64,000 nucleotides of DNA from Octopus sinensis (Eukaryota): the NCBI RefSeq assembly GCF_006345805.1, contig NC_042999.1:105586001-105650000 (forward strand), read 5' to 3'. This document shows positions 12,781 through 25,697 of this stretch, piece by piece. The translations under genes were made by a program, and so were the position numbers. Below the pieces are notes generated by a model. That model saw only the letters and a list, made by a program, of their open reading frames with translations. It was not told the origin of the DNA and ran no database searches. Numbering within the stretch: the first letter of the stretch is position 1; the number at the start of each line of letters is the position of its first letter.

Positions 12781-13226
12781 GCTACTGCTAGATGGTAGGG
12801 TTTCTCTCCTCTGCTCGCAATTTGTTAGACACAGGTTGTATCGTTAACCAAGTGGAAGAGATGACCTCCTGGGATAAAAAAATAATTGGTAGTTACGCGA
12901 TTTTGTACGGAAGAGCCATGTCGAAGTGGCAAGAAATATTACGTTTATATATATTATATTATATTATATTATATTATGAGCAAGAATCAAAAACCAAGGC
13001 AGAACGAGTATCTCAAGTAATTTAGGATACTTAAATTAGTGTAAGGTGTGTTTGAAGTGCTGCAGCTCTTTCTGGGATAACCCAAGTGGTTGATTAGCAT
13101 GTCCACACACTGGCTATACCATCATCAGAGACAAAGTATAAATATTTTAGGCAGTTTATAAGGAATAATATAGAAGAATAAAGGAATAACTCTAAAACGA
13201 TCAATAAAACCAGTACAACCCCTAAT

Positions 13227-13248
13227 ACTACTCCTCCTCCTCCTCCTC

Positions 13249-13318
<70 letters not shown>
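13227..13318. repeat. (CTC)n/(CTA)n trinucleotide microsatellite
   Basis: Directly visible; gives the poly-Ser/Arg ORF 13125..13355. Confidence 0.95.
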
Positions 13319-13399
13319 GAGTTATTTTCCAGTTTGCTGCTGAAATTGTCTTCAATTTTCATTGATGGTTTGTGGGCCAGGTTACATTTTACTGGGCTG

Positions 13400-14060
13400 G
13401 TATGATCGCATTGTAATCTCCAATCTGCAAGAAGCTTCGCTTCTTTAAATTTCCTGTCAGGAACCCCATCTTGAAGGGACTATTCATTGTTGTCCAAAAT
13501 ATTAACGGATACCAGCCACCCTGTTCCGTTTTTGTGTCTGCTAAAAGACTCCCATTCTAGCTGCTATTTTATGTGGGTTTTGTTTGTTTCTTGGTTACTT
13601 ACTTGAGGGGCAGATGTTCCAGTGGCCTTCCTTGTGACACCATCTGCATGTAGGGTTCGCTGCTGGGCGTCGAATTTCTTACGGATGTCTCCACTGCACT
13701 AAATGCATGCTGATTTTGCGACTGCAAAAAGGGGTGATTAATCGCTACCAGCTGAGTCTTGTCATCGGTGGCTAATGTCCTCATCAGCCATCTCCATAGT
13801 TTCAGCAAGCTTTAAAGCGTCTCTAAGCTATCGTCTGATGACTCGAGTATTCTTTGCCTAATTTATTGTGAGTCAAGACCCGCCACAAATGCATCATTTA
13901 GAATTTTCTCGTTAACGGTCTGCGGTTAGGGCTCAAATTTTACACTTCTTCAGCAGTGCAGAGAGGTTGACTTAAATTCCTTTGTAGACTCGTTTTCCTT
14001 TTGTTTGCGAGTTTGTAGTGAATGGTGCGTCATTATGGCTCAACCTTTCTTGATAGAATT
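13400..14060 (-). mobile_element. Ty3/Gypsy-like LTR retrotransposon gag remnant
   Basis: Minus-strand pieces QKENESTKEFKS and NEKILNDAFVAGLDSQ*IRQRILESSDDSL (gag core), and a zinc-knuckle relic RPAANPTCRWCHKEGHWNIC (~13601-13675). Many stops and frameshifts. Confidence 0.7.
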
Positions 14061-14486
14061 GGATTCTATTGCTACCTATTGCTACCTATTGGATTCTATT
14101 ACGTGTACTTTCAGTCTAATTCCTCTGGAACTTTTGTTGTTGCTATGTAGATTTGTAGCACTCATTTCCAGTAAATGTAATCTTGCTCAGTTGGGTCCTC
14201 TAGTGGAGTACATGTGAACACTTTGGCATCTATGTAAACAAGGTTTGAATAAAATTGTGGTAACCCTTTCAAAAGAAGGCTTTCATTCAATCTTTATTCA
14301 ATTCGCTGTATGATCTGTTAAACATGGCTGCCCAACCATTAAGATGTGTTGTTTTATATGCGGTAAAGACAGCCTCCATCCATCAACCGCACTCGACAGT
14401 GCGCCTCGTTTTCGTACTCGGTACAAATTAGGATTTCTACATTTTTATCTGCTATTTACTATTGTAGAAAGTGATTATGAAAGAAT

Positions 14487-15110
14487 ATTACACAGGGATG
14501 GACCGTGAAAAATTCACTAAATCATTAATTTTAGCTGCCAAGAAATTTTATTGAAATCAATGTGTTCGTATTGAAATAGCATTTGTTGAAATCAAGTGTG
14601 CAAAACAGCATCCATCATGTGGTGTCCGTTTTTATTGATGTATTTCTGAAGGTGTTCTAGGAAATTGACCTCCACTCTCTCCAGCATTGCTCTGTGCATA
14701 GTCCCATGGTTCCAACTGTTGCCCCACGACCAATTTGTACGGGCGGAAATGCAGGTCTTCATGCAAAATATGCCAAACCGATATATTACCGATGCCAAAT
14801 TCAATAGAATGCCTACGAGCAGAGTGATTCGGATTCCGTATCAAAGCTTCTCTGAGGCGATAAACATTTTCGGACGTCCATACAGTCCGTTGCACCTATT
14901 CATTAGAGTACCTAGTGGACGAAGTGCATTCACCCAATTTATAATATGTAAGATTCTGTTACTGGTGGGAACAGCCTAATTTCGCTGAATGTTGAAGAGG
15001 TACCGAAGCTCACGCTGCACTGCTGTGATAGAATTGTTATTCTTCAAGTAACATTTCTAAACAAACACAAGATGTAGTATTTCCACAGTCGCTTCACCTG
15101 AATGGAAAAA
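14487..15110 (-). mobile_element. Tc1/mariner (IS630-like) transposase remnant, internally deleted
   Basis: N-terminal HTH-like LKNNNSITAVQRELRYLFNIQRN*AVPT, then track ORF 14632..14895 RTVWTSENVYRLREALIRNPNHSARRHSIEFGIGNISVWHILHEDLHFRPYKLVVGQQL. This matches the R.VRTPENV..VR.AL.R.P.RS.R+HA...S...IL..DL.F.PYK pattern. A TIR-like CAGGGATGGACC end lies near 14490. Confidence 0.8.
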
Positions 15111-15232
15111 TATTCTAAGACACAATGGAAGGAATGGTACCTGTCGCTCACATTGCTGGTGCTCAGTAATACCTATTTCAAAAATATCCTTCCTCCGTAC
15201 TCCACTTTGTAGTTTCTAACATCTATCTATCC

Positions 15233-15385
<153 letters not shown>

Positions 15386-15402
15386 CATACAAATAAGAAG
15401 GT

Positions 15403-15530
15403 GATGTTTCTTTCCGAACGCAGAAATACTGAGTAAATTACCCTTACAAAGTGGAAAAATTGGTCAGCAAGCAGCTCGAATCCCTATCCCTCAAACACTG
15501 TGCTTTGCCATTAAGCTAAACTGACCACTG
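15403..15530 (-). mobile_element. tRNA-derived SINE-like fragment sharing the arm sequence of the 15676-15876 fold-back
   Basis: The minus strand has TAGCTTAATGGCAAAGCAC (A-box-like) and GGGATTCGAG (B-box-like), followed by GTAAGGGTAATTTACTCAGTATTTCTGCGTTCGGAAA, the arm motif. Confidence 0.5.
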
Positions 15531-15675
15531 AGAAATTCACCGCTGAATTTAGACGCTAAATACTTTAGTTTTATGGAATACCTATGTGTGTATAAATGTA
15601 AACAAATAAATGCATGTTCTGTTATCGTACTTTTATTGGAAGCGTCAGAAATGGATATTCAACGATACAAAAAAC

Positions 15676-15876
15676 GATATTTTTCCGAACACAGAGTTGC
15701 CGTTAGAACAGCAGAAATATTTGGTAAATTACCCTTACAAAGCGGAAAAAGTTGTCAACAATGAGCGATGGGACTCCAACCCATATCTCTCAGACACTCC
15801 GGCTCAGTGCAAGTAAGGGTAATTTAGCCAGTATTTCTGGTGTTGTAACGGCAACACTGCGTTCGTAAAAAATATC
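15676..15876. repeat. Fold-back element: ~63-bp inverted arms around a 74-bp tRNA-like spacer
   Basis: 15676-15738 is the reverse complement of 15813-15876 with about 8 mismatches and 1 indel by hand alignment. The spacer carries GGGTTGGAGTCCC on the minus strand. Confidence 0.85.
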
Positions 15877-15982
15877 ATATTTGTACAGTAGAGTACACGT
15901 TTTCTGTGCTTCTAACAATATAATGTTTAGTTTGATTACATTTACACACATACACACACACATACATACATACATACATACA

Positions 15983-16018
<36 letters not shown>

Positions 16019-16024
16019 TATATA

Positions 16025-17097
16025 TAGTTGAAAAATATCGTTATAGGTATAAATTTACCATAAACAAGTATAAAAATGTTGAATGAAAATTAGATTTAAT
16101 ACAAAATTGGATTCAATACATACGCACGTTTCAAAAGATAATATGGACATATATGAACAATTATAATAAGAGTAATTATAATTAAATTTATGTATTGTTA
16201 TTCTCATCAGCGTGAGGAAGTTTTGGAAGGACATCAAACATCAAATAGGGTTATAGGGAAAAATCGGATATTTACAAACAAGTTGTGCAAATGAAGAAAC
16301 TAAAAGTAATAATAACAGTGAGAGAGACAAAAGAGAAAAAAGACAGACATATCAAATCTATATGTGCAGTGAACTATAGCAAAAAGAAAAAAAAATCTAG
16401 CGGATGTATTTAGAGAAATAGTAACAGGTCGAGACGAAGTAAAACATAAACAAGGCCACGGGTGCATAGAAGAATATCCCGCAGCAGGTACATTAGCAGA
16501 CAAAATCCCTAGAGAGTTATACGTATACATATTAATATTGAAAAGCGAAAAAATATATATTACAAGAGGCGAAAGGCGATAGGGAAGACTATATTTGAAA
16601 AAGGTACAATATTTAAGTAAAAATGTACATACAAGCAGAGAAAAATCAAAGAGAACTTAACAAAGAATAAGCAGTGATCATAGACAGGACCGATCGGTGT
16701 ATTCAAGAGAGTTATTTTACTCAATAACTATCCTGGGGTAGAGGAGACAATCAGAAAAAATAGGAACGAATATACGAAGGAGAATATTATAAATTTCAAG
16801 TGATAGAAAGAACATATATTACTTAAGTCATAAGGCTATACGGTCGTACATATATGCATACATAGGCTCATACACAACACACATACATACACACAAACGT
16901 GCGTACACTCACACATACACATACAAAAGTGCAAGTGTAAGGGAAGATACAAGTAAAATAAAGGGAAACGTATTCACATAAGACGTATATATATATATAT
17001 ATATGTGTATGAATATATATGTATATATATGTATGTATATATACATGTATATGTATATATATGTAAATATATATACATATATATATATACATATGCA

Positions 17098-17132
<35 letters not shown>

Positions 17133-17297
17133 TTATATATTATGCCATTTTTCTGACATATTTGTATTGTCTTTTGAAACGTGCGTATGTATTGAATCCA
17201 GTTTTGTATTAAATCTAATTTTCATTCAACATTTTTTCTCCTCCATTTTTTTATACTTGTTTATGGTATATTTATATAGCGATATTTTTTCCAACTA
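16025..17297. repeat. Inverted repeat pair (~115-130-bp arms at 16025-16140 and 17168-17297, ~1-kb spacer)
   Basis: The arms give the same peptide on opposite strands in the ORF track ([10 protein letters not shown][N/S][11 protein letters not shown]), and the DNA aligns apart from one ~13-nt indel. Confidence 0.9.
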
Positions 17298-17428
17298 TTA
17301 TTTTCATATTCTTATTATTTGCTCTGGCTGTGATTTTTATGAGTATGATGAATCTTTATTAGGAATCACTTTTTGTCTCTTTTGGGATCTCTCAAAAAGT
17401 TTGAATTGGTCTTTTTGAATTTATATTT

Positions 17429-17472
<44 letters not shown>

Positions 17473-20400
17473 AAACGAAGCATTGGCAGCAAAAAATCTC
17501 GTACAAGTAAAAAGCATTGAACTTTTACTTGAAAGCATTTAAGACTTTTATACTTCCTTGAAGTATAAACCTCAATAGACAAAGGAAAATCTGGCTTTAG
17601 CTAGTTTAAGAATAAGTAACAAAAAAGCGTCATTCTCTTATGAAGCGGTTGCAATATTCTGAAAAGAACTGGGCTTCAAACAAAGAATACAAACACCATA
17701 TGAACAAAAATAATCAAACAGAAAGCAAAATGAAGAAGATAACATGTTTTTGAAACTACGAGTGGTTAAAAATGTTCCTTCCAAAATCCATATAACTATC
17801 TTCTATGAATACATGCATGCAAAAGTTTTGTGAGTGTATAATTTAGTACTGAAGGCGAAGATGTTCAATTTACTTAAGTGTATTGAAATTCATAACAAAA
17901 TATAATTGAAATATAGAAAAATACGCATATTACGAAATATATTGGTATTGTAAGAGAATATTTTAAAATATATTAAACCGAAACATTTAAAAACAAATTC
18001 CTTTCTATAATTTCTGTGATAATAAACACAAATTAAAACTTGTTCAAGGATATAATCATGAAGGAAAACAGAAGAGTTAGGAGTTTAGGAATTTAATAAT
18101 TCCTCTCTGAATATGTTTCTTGTCTCTTTCTTTTTCGACAATCATTCACCTTGCTTGTAATTATTATGTATGCGTAGATTCAAATTGTGTTAATTTCTTT
18201 TTGAATCTAGTTAAAGAAAATTGGTGATACGGCACTTTGCGAGACACGAAAAGAGATTAATATACGATGTTATTTGTAGTTTAACAAAATTAATAGATCA
18301 TCGAGGAAAATGCTTTGAGGTATTTGATTCGGCTATTTATATTAGAGATCAAATCCCCCTACTGTCGGCTTGCCATTTCTGCTCTACATAATCGATGAAA
18401 TAAACGGTCAAATCTTGAGTTCGATACTATTGACGATCTCCTTCCCTAAGTTTCAGACTTCATTCTTAATTTAGAAAGCAATATGAGAATCAGAATCAAT
18501 AATACAGAACCTGTATATTTCACTACGTAGATAAACGTATAGTATCCGTAAGATTATATCAAATAATTAAACTGACATGGCCTCCACAGAAAAAGACATG
18601 GAAATTAACACTAAGCATTCGTGTTAAGAATTAAATATACAACATGGTATGTTATTTATGGCAGTATTAAATATAAAGAAATATTCCCAAAATAGACATC
18701 AATATACAAAATAACATTCATCTCAGGTGAATGTAAAGAACATGGCTAGAGAAGAAACATGTTCATTGTTTGTGAATTATAAACAAAACATATCTTGGTT
18801 TATTAAGCAACACCAGAACAATCCAATCAATAAGACTTGTAGAGGAGTGGACAACATAGCCATTGGCATAAAAGCTACCCACAGTAGTGCATTTCATTCT
18901 ATATCTGTGCAATTAGCAATTCATTGATGACTGATATCAATGGCAATAACATAAGCTCGCAAGCAAAAACAAAAAAGCTTTCTTAAATGAAGCAATAAGA
19001 ACTAAATTTTAATATTGTACTGTGATAACTTTAGCAGAGCAATATGCTGTGTAATGCATAATAGTCCAATAAGTATAGAATAAAGATATGTTCAGCTCAG
19101 TTTAAATTATATGCATACATGCATACATATTAACACAATTCATCTTACGCAACCTGAAATTCATATTGCGCTATCTGAAGATTCCTCGGCTACTGCAAAA
19201 ATTAAACACCCGGAGATTTATATAAACACAAACATTCGTATAGAACGCATATGGATGGCCAATATAATCATGCTGTTAGAGATATATGAGTATGGTTTGT
19301 TTCTGTTATTTACCTAAACGTAATAGTACAAATATGTACCAGTAATATATTATTTCTCAGTCAGTTTACTATAGATTCTCTGCTACACACTGAGCAAATC
19401 ATCACACACAAATATACAGAAACACACACAAAATAACCAAACAGTATCGCCTGCACGTATACACTTACACAAAAGTAAAGACAACTGGGAAAAGAATTAT
19501 TTATTACGTCAGTTTACGAAGCCAGAAAATAGGCATCTCTCACTTATTTCACAGTTGCATGCTTGGTGTTAGATAAAGCAACTGGGTGGAAAATACGTTC
19601 CCCAATAACACATCTAAATATGTTAAGGTTTGAATTTACAGACTTGTTCAATGGTGCATGAAAAGACGCAATAAATGTGAAAATGAATGAAAATGCAAAA
19701 GAGAAATATGCGTAGAAAGGATAAATAATATTTTCACAGGAAACAGGAAAATCATCATGAACTTCATCATTATCATCGGCGTCATAGTTGCGATTTTCAT
19801 TGTTATCATCCTCATCATTTTTATTGGATTTTCTCTATACTTCCCTCTGTTGACTGAGGATAACAACAGCATCTCTCCCCGGTTATCGGTAACACGTCAA
19901 ATCAACCATCATGAATATAAAAAATCTATATCTCATTGACATCTAAACTTTACCAAAACCAAAAAAAATAAAGGAATACAATATAAATAAGACCGTTAAC
20001 TTTGCTAGTGCTGATGCAACCACTAACCTACGCATTACTATTAGCTGTACTACTAATAATGTTGATATTAAGAAAAAGAAGAAGAAAAGCAATAAAGCAC
20101 ACCCAACAAAAGTAAAGAAAAATAGGAGTAAGAATAGTGTTAAGGGAAATTCAACAAATGCATCAGACGTACATTGTAGCAAGGTAAAGCACAACATTTC
20201 TAGTATAAACGGAATAAGTGGACCGAAAACAACGATTAGTAATAGCTAACTTGTACGAACCATTATCAGGAATACAAATGGATGAAAAATTACAAATGAA
20301 ATAAGGAGGACAGGAGGAAATTGAATGAAACCAGATGTTACCACATTACTAGTATGCAAAATAAATTATCTGTTAGGCTTCTGTTGGGAAGAGATGAATA

Positions 20401-22674
20401 GTTACTTTAATCCTTTCAGAAAACCCCACTACAAACTAAATTGCTTTTTATGACTGGGTTTGTTGCTACTATGCAGATATGAAAACCAAATACTTGTCTG
20501 AAAAAGAATGTATTGCAAACATCTATCCCACAGGCAAAATTATACTTGGAACTAAATAAAGTCTTGGCAATTTGAAGTGATGCCAATCATTACATTGTGC
20601 AATACAGACAAATGGAAGTGAGTTTAATACAATGGCTACAGTGTCGGAAATGTAGTCAGCGTTGTTTATTTTGTATCTATATGCTCTGATTTCAAATCAT
20701 GCGCAAGTTAACTATGCATATCTTCTCGAAACAAGAACATCATCATGAAATTCATGCATTTCCTCTTTTCTAGGTTGATACGGTAAAATACCTTTCAATA
20801 GTCAAAATTGTGGACGAAAATTCTTCTCATGACAATCGTTCTTGTAATTAAATAAAAATCATAATATCCTGTAAACATCTTGATGAGTTGAACAATTTAG
20901 GGTTTCTCTAAGCAAACACATATCTCGTAAAAGAGCAGTAGATGATCACTAATGTTTCCCTGAGAAGAAAATGACTCACTAGAAATTATGGTCTTGGGGA
21001 CATAATTTCCAGAAAAGTGTTGATAGCAATTTCTTTTGATAATACATTTGCTCAGTCACTGTTCACACAAAACGAGAGAGAATTAGATAGCAGCGCGGTT
21101 AATCAATACCACGCATATCTTCAGATACGGTAGATGTAGAAATAAACATGGCAAATGCGTTCTGTTATTTCAGGTGAAATATTGCCACAGTGAAAAACAA
21201 AAAAACAAATTCAGGTGGTATATACCAAGAGGCATTTCCATTAGCTCCAAAAGTACTGAGTTGGTTGTAAGGTTGGGATGTCAAGTAGTTTTCTTCTCAC
21301 ACAACGCACAAAAGCAGTAGTCCATGAGATTTATATGTTGTGAATTTGCACAACATATAGTTTAGTGTAAATATTGCCTAACATACATCTAGTTACAGAG
21401 TGTTCGGGTTCAATTTGACTATTTTATTCTAATTTTGTCTTGAACCGTTTGGAATAGTCAATAGTATTGAAGAGCTTAACGATTGAATTTGTTGTTAAAA
21501 AAATTATTAGCTGACAAGATAGATTGGGAACATTCTGAACATTGAAAGATAGTTACTTGTATCATGATGTTTCGGGCCGGATATCAAACTGCCATTATCA
21601 TTATATCTGCCCAATTGCTCTGTAGACATTGAAAAGGTGGCAAAACGTAACAGGGAGACCTCCAATGGTGACTACAAAACCCTGGCCAACAACTGCAACA
21701 CACTGGGATCGAAAATGAATGTTGTCCTTTCTTTGAATTCGTACAACAGTGTATAAATTTGTTGATGTTGCTTTATTTGAACATCGTGTTTGCAACTTGT
21801 TTTTATTCGAGGTGTCAAATGGATGGTATGATACACAGACTACTTGTGTATATACTGGTTGTAATATAGAAGCCCAGTTTGACTCGCCAATATACATGAG
21901 TAAATGGTAATTTTACACTGAGATATAAATATCTCAGTGTCTCTTTCATTGGACCAAGGAGATGGATGTCTGAGAGTGCTAAGCCGGGTGAGTAGGGAAG
22001 ATGCGATAGAGTTGTCCACCTGAAATAGATGAGTGCCTCCCCTGTTGTGAAGCTTGACTGAGGCCAGACATTTTCATGTTGAAAAAAAAGTTATTTATCC
22101 CATATTTGCTCTTATTCGATGGATCCTTCCTCTTAGTCTTTTAAGGTCTCAACGTATGCTTTAGATTTTACTGTTTTCTTGTCCTAATAAGAAATCGACA
22201 AGAATTAAACTTTTATCAAATAAAACTATGATTAAATTTGAAACCGAAATATATATCTGTTTGATCCTAAAAAATGGTTTGTATCTCAGAATATCATGCA
22301 CATTTAAAACCATTTTATAGTTAGAATAAATAATGCCTTAAATTTTCTACATTATATCTGATACGTTATACATATTGGTATATTTGGCTAAGATCTTGGG
22401 GAATTAAATTTCAGTTGTTAATCTATTAGTATTTTTTCCAATATTTTCTATCCTGTACTAATTATGTTTCTGCTAAAGGTATTGACTTCTGAAAGATTTG
22501 GATTGTATTCTCTATTATTTCTTATCGTTTATATTCTTTTGCTAAATTCGTCTGCATTCCTTTTCCCTTTATAGGTGTGTGTCTAAGTACACAAATAAGT
22601 ATTACATTTTTATTGATCGGCTCCAAACATTTTCTTGCTTTTTAAAAGACCCTTCTCAATATTAATCAACAATT

Positions 22675-22822
22675 GGCGGCGAGTTGGCAGAATCGTTCAA
22701 ATTCTGCGGAGGTTGACTTCGCCTTGGGTCAATAAAATAAATACTATTTCAGCACTTGGATCGATGTAATTGACTTACCTCTGTCCAAAAATTGCTGACC
22801 TTGTGCCAAAATTTGAGATCAG
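22675..22822 (+). mobile_element. Decayed tRNA-derived SINE with internal deletion
   Basis: GGCGGCGAGTTGGCAGAATCGTT head, TTCAAATTCTGCGGAGGTTGACTT, GGATCGATGTAATTGACTTA and GACCTTGTGCCAAAATTTGA tail; recognised from familiarity with this SINE type. Confidence 0.6.
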
Positions 22823-25697
22823 TATTAATTAACAATTTTCTATTGAAATAATTCCTGGTTCAATATATCTTGAGCAAATTATATATATCAGAACTGCCCG
22901 GCTACCTGCATCCAGATACTGTAAACTTCTGTTGCAATCTTAATATATATTTGTATTTTCATGTTGACAGATATACCTGTATAGCAGTTTGAGAAGAAAT
23001 ATATGATATTGCTATTGTATTCATTTGCTACCGCTTTTACGTTTTAAAAATTATTTTCAATGAATTCAATTGATGTATTTCTACGTTAGGAGTAGATTTA
23101 AGAAATTTAACATGTTTCTATGTAGTTCAGGCAAACACATACTCACATACACGCACTAATAAACGCACTATGTTTTGTATGTATTATTTATAATATCTTT
23201 TGTGTTTGCGAATTTCGATAATCTAGTTTCTCCTGTCTTTCCAACTTATCAAACAAGTTTATCATCAGTATGATTGTTTTTCTCACATTATATTTTCAAT
23301 TATATTATTTTTATCTCTTTTTCTTCTCAGATTTTAAAACTTTTATTTTTATTTTCCTGATATATGTCAGAAATAAACCCACTGAAAACAAATAAAAAAA
23401 TGAATTCTTCTGAGATGTTAAGAATGCACCGAAAATAACATGGTCTATCAGCTGTATTGGCTGCAATTCAAACAGTTCTATTTTCCCTGATTAAAACGTA
23501 CGGAAAATCATTCCGTTTTAACAAATATATGTCCTGGGGAATTTCATTAATATTCCTTTTTCGGCCGATTATTTTCCTTTTGTAAATCTTTGTATATATA
23601 CTTTCTATATAATTTATCAGATGAAAGAATATGCTAAACATATGTGCTGATACATCCCTATGTCTTTCGTGCATGAATTGTTTCTGTCTAAATCATTATG
23701 TAAAATACAACAAAGATTAGTCGATGTGATGCAACCAAATTACATACCCGCATTTTCAGAAGACCCCTGTAACATATTATTGGTCAGCATTATGTTCCAT
23801 TCTGTGATAACGAAATAAAAGTGTATTCATATCCTCTTGTTTCGTCAAAACCATGGTGACATGATACAATTATTTCTATCACTATTCCATCTTTGTATAT
23901 TAGACATCCTAAGTATTCATAGAAAATTTACTGGCTTGAGTTAAGAACGATTTAGCAGTTACATATATCAGGCCAAGCTGATTATTTAAAGAAATTAGAA
24001 TTAATATACAGTTATGCAAGACAAAACAGCGGGTTGTAACACAAAATTACCCAGAATGAATCTATGAAATAGTTCTGAAATATCCCTGGGTGGTTGATGT
24101 GTTGGTGTTTTCACTTTATGTAAAACGTTTGATGCACAGACTGTATAGAAAACACAGGTATGAGGATAATATAAATTGTGAGTCTAGACACTACTGAGTT
24201 AGAACAAGTATTTAACACATTATTTAACTAAATTACTTTGGCCCTGGAGAATGTTTATCGCTCTCCATTTTAATGGTGGCATGGGTTCTGTTTGAAGCAT
24301 TAAGAATTCCCTCAAGCGTGGATAATTTTACCTTTTAATCATAGTCTTCGGAAGATCTTGACTACAAGTTTAGGTGATTTAAATTCTCAACATTTATCTT
24401 CTGGTTAACACGTACAAGAACAAATTATGAATGAGAGTAATTCTAGTATTAGAATCTGTTAATTACTGCTGATGTTTATCTGTAGTTCTTTTAGAATTAG
24501 TCACTTAGTTTCAATAATTATTTGCAACAACTGACCTAATCTACACAATCATGAGGTTGTTTAGCCTATTTTCCAATTCTTGTGAAAAAATGGAGGCATC
24601 TTCCAAAGACAGACGCAAACTATCAAAAAATTAATTTCTCAATATTTGATTTTTCAATGAGAAAAAGCACTTCCAATATCATTAATTGTGCAAAAAGTAT
24701 TTTCTTTACCCATGAAGATTGTTCTATTGTAGAGGGCTACAAAGATATATTATTCAGATTAACATACATGAAATTGGATTAGTGATTAAAATCACGGGAG
24801 TATGGGATATGAATTATCTCTTAAATGAGAACCAAGTGACAAAAGCCTACCTTTTAAGATATGTTTTCTAAAAAACTAAAACAACTTAAAACCGAGTCAT
24901 TATATCCATTGTGATTACATTTTCTTTTTTATAAATTTTAATTCCTTTACTCCTGCCTCAGATGGGTATGTATAATGACGAGTAACAAATTTACAATGTA
25001 AAACTATAAGCTACATAACTTATCGAGTTACAACTGAAGATGAATTTAATGATCCAAAACATAACAGAGACAACAAAATTGGCCTGAAAATACAATAATT
25101 CATGATACTTTATTTCAGAACTATTTGATAAATACATTTGTTATACCAATGCCATACAACCTTACGTTATCCCGCGACTTGCTAATCAAAGAATACAATT
25201 TCCAATGGGACAAGTGTTTTTGGTTTTCAATAGAAGGTTCAACTACACGTAAATATTGTGAGTTGATTTGTGTTTGAGCTTGTTGATATCAAATTACAAT
25301 ACATCAACCGAAAACAAAATCATTGGTTTGCTACTGGATGTTATGCACTATCTCTCGGGTTTAGAAGTAATATCTATCAACAGTAAATTAATATATCAAA
25401 CACATAATTTCATTTTAAGTTGTAAGAGCAAACATACGAAAAGCAGTTTGAGGCACGATGTAAGGGACTTAAATTATCTCCTGTCAATAGCATTGAGTAG
25501 AATAATATATTTAAAAATCACTTAACCATTTTATAAGTTTGAAATCTTAACACATAGTCCATGATTGAGTGGGTGAGGCTGGGACGTTGGTAAGATAGGT
25601 AAGATATAAAGGTGCGAAGCTAATTTAAGAAAGTAAAAATACCCCTTATATCAATGTAAATGTGCGATTATTTATTATATACAAAAGTATTGAACAT

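Noticed and set aside
19757-19939. 60-aa ORF MNFIIIIGVIVAIFIVIILIIFIGF resembling a single-pass membrane protein
   Set aside because: The hydrophobic run comes from a degenerate (ATC)n tract; other frames give His-rich and Asp-rich equivalents. It is kept only as context for the neighbouring open frame.
21560-21897. ORF 21601..21897 (minus) and plus-frame peptide DIKLPLSLYLPNCSVDIEK, faintly like a Frizzled-type Cys-rich domain
   Set aside because: In-frame stops immediately upstream, no full cysteine pattern and no supporting splice sites.
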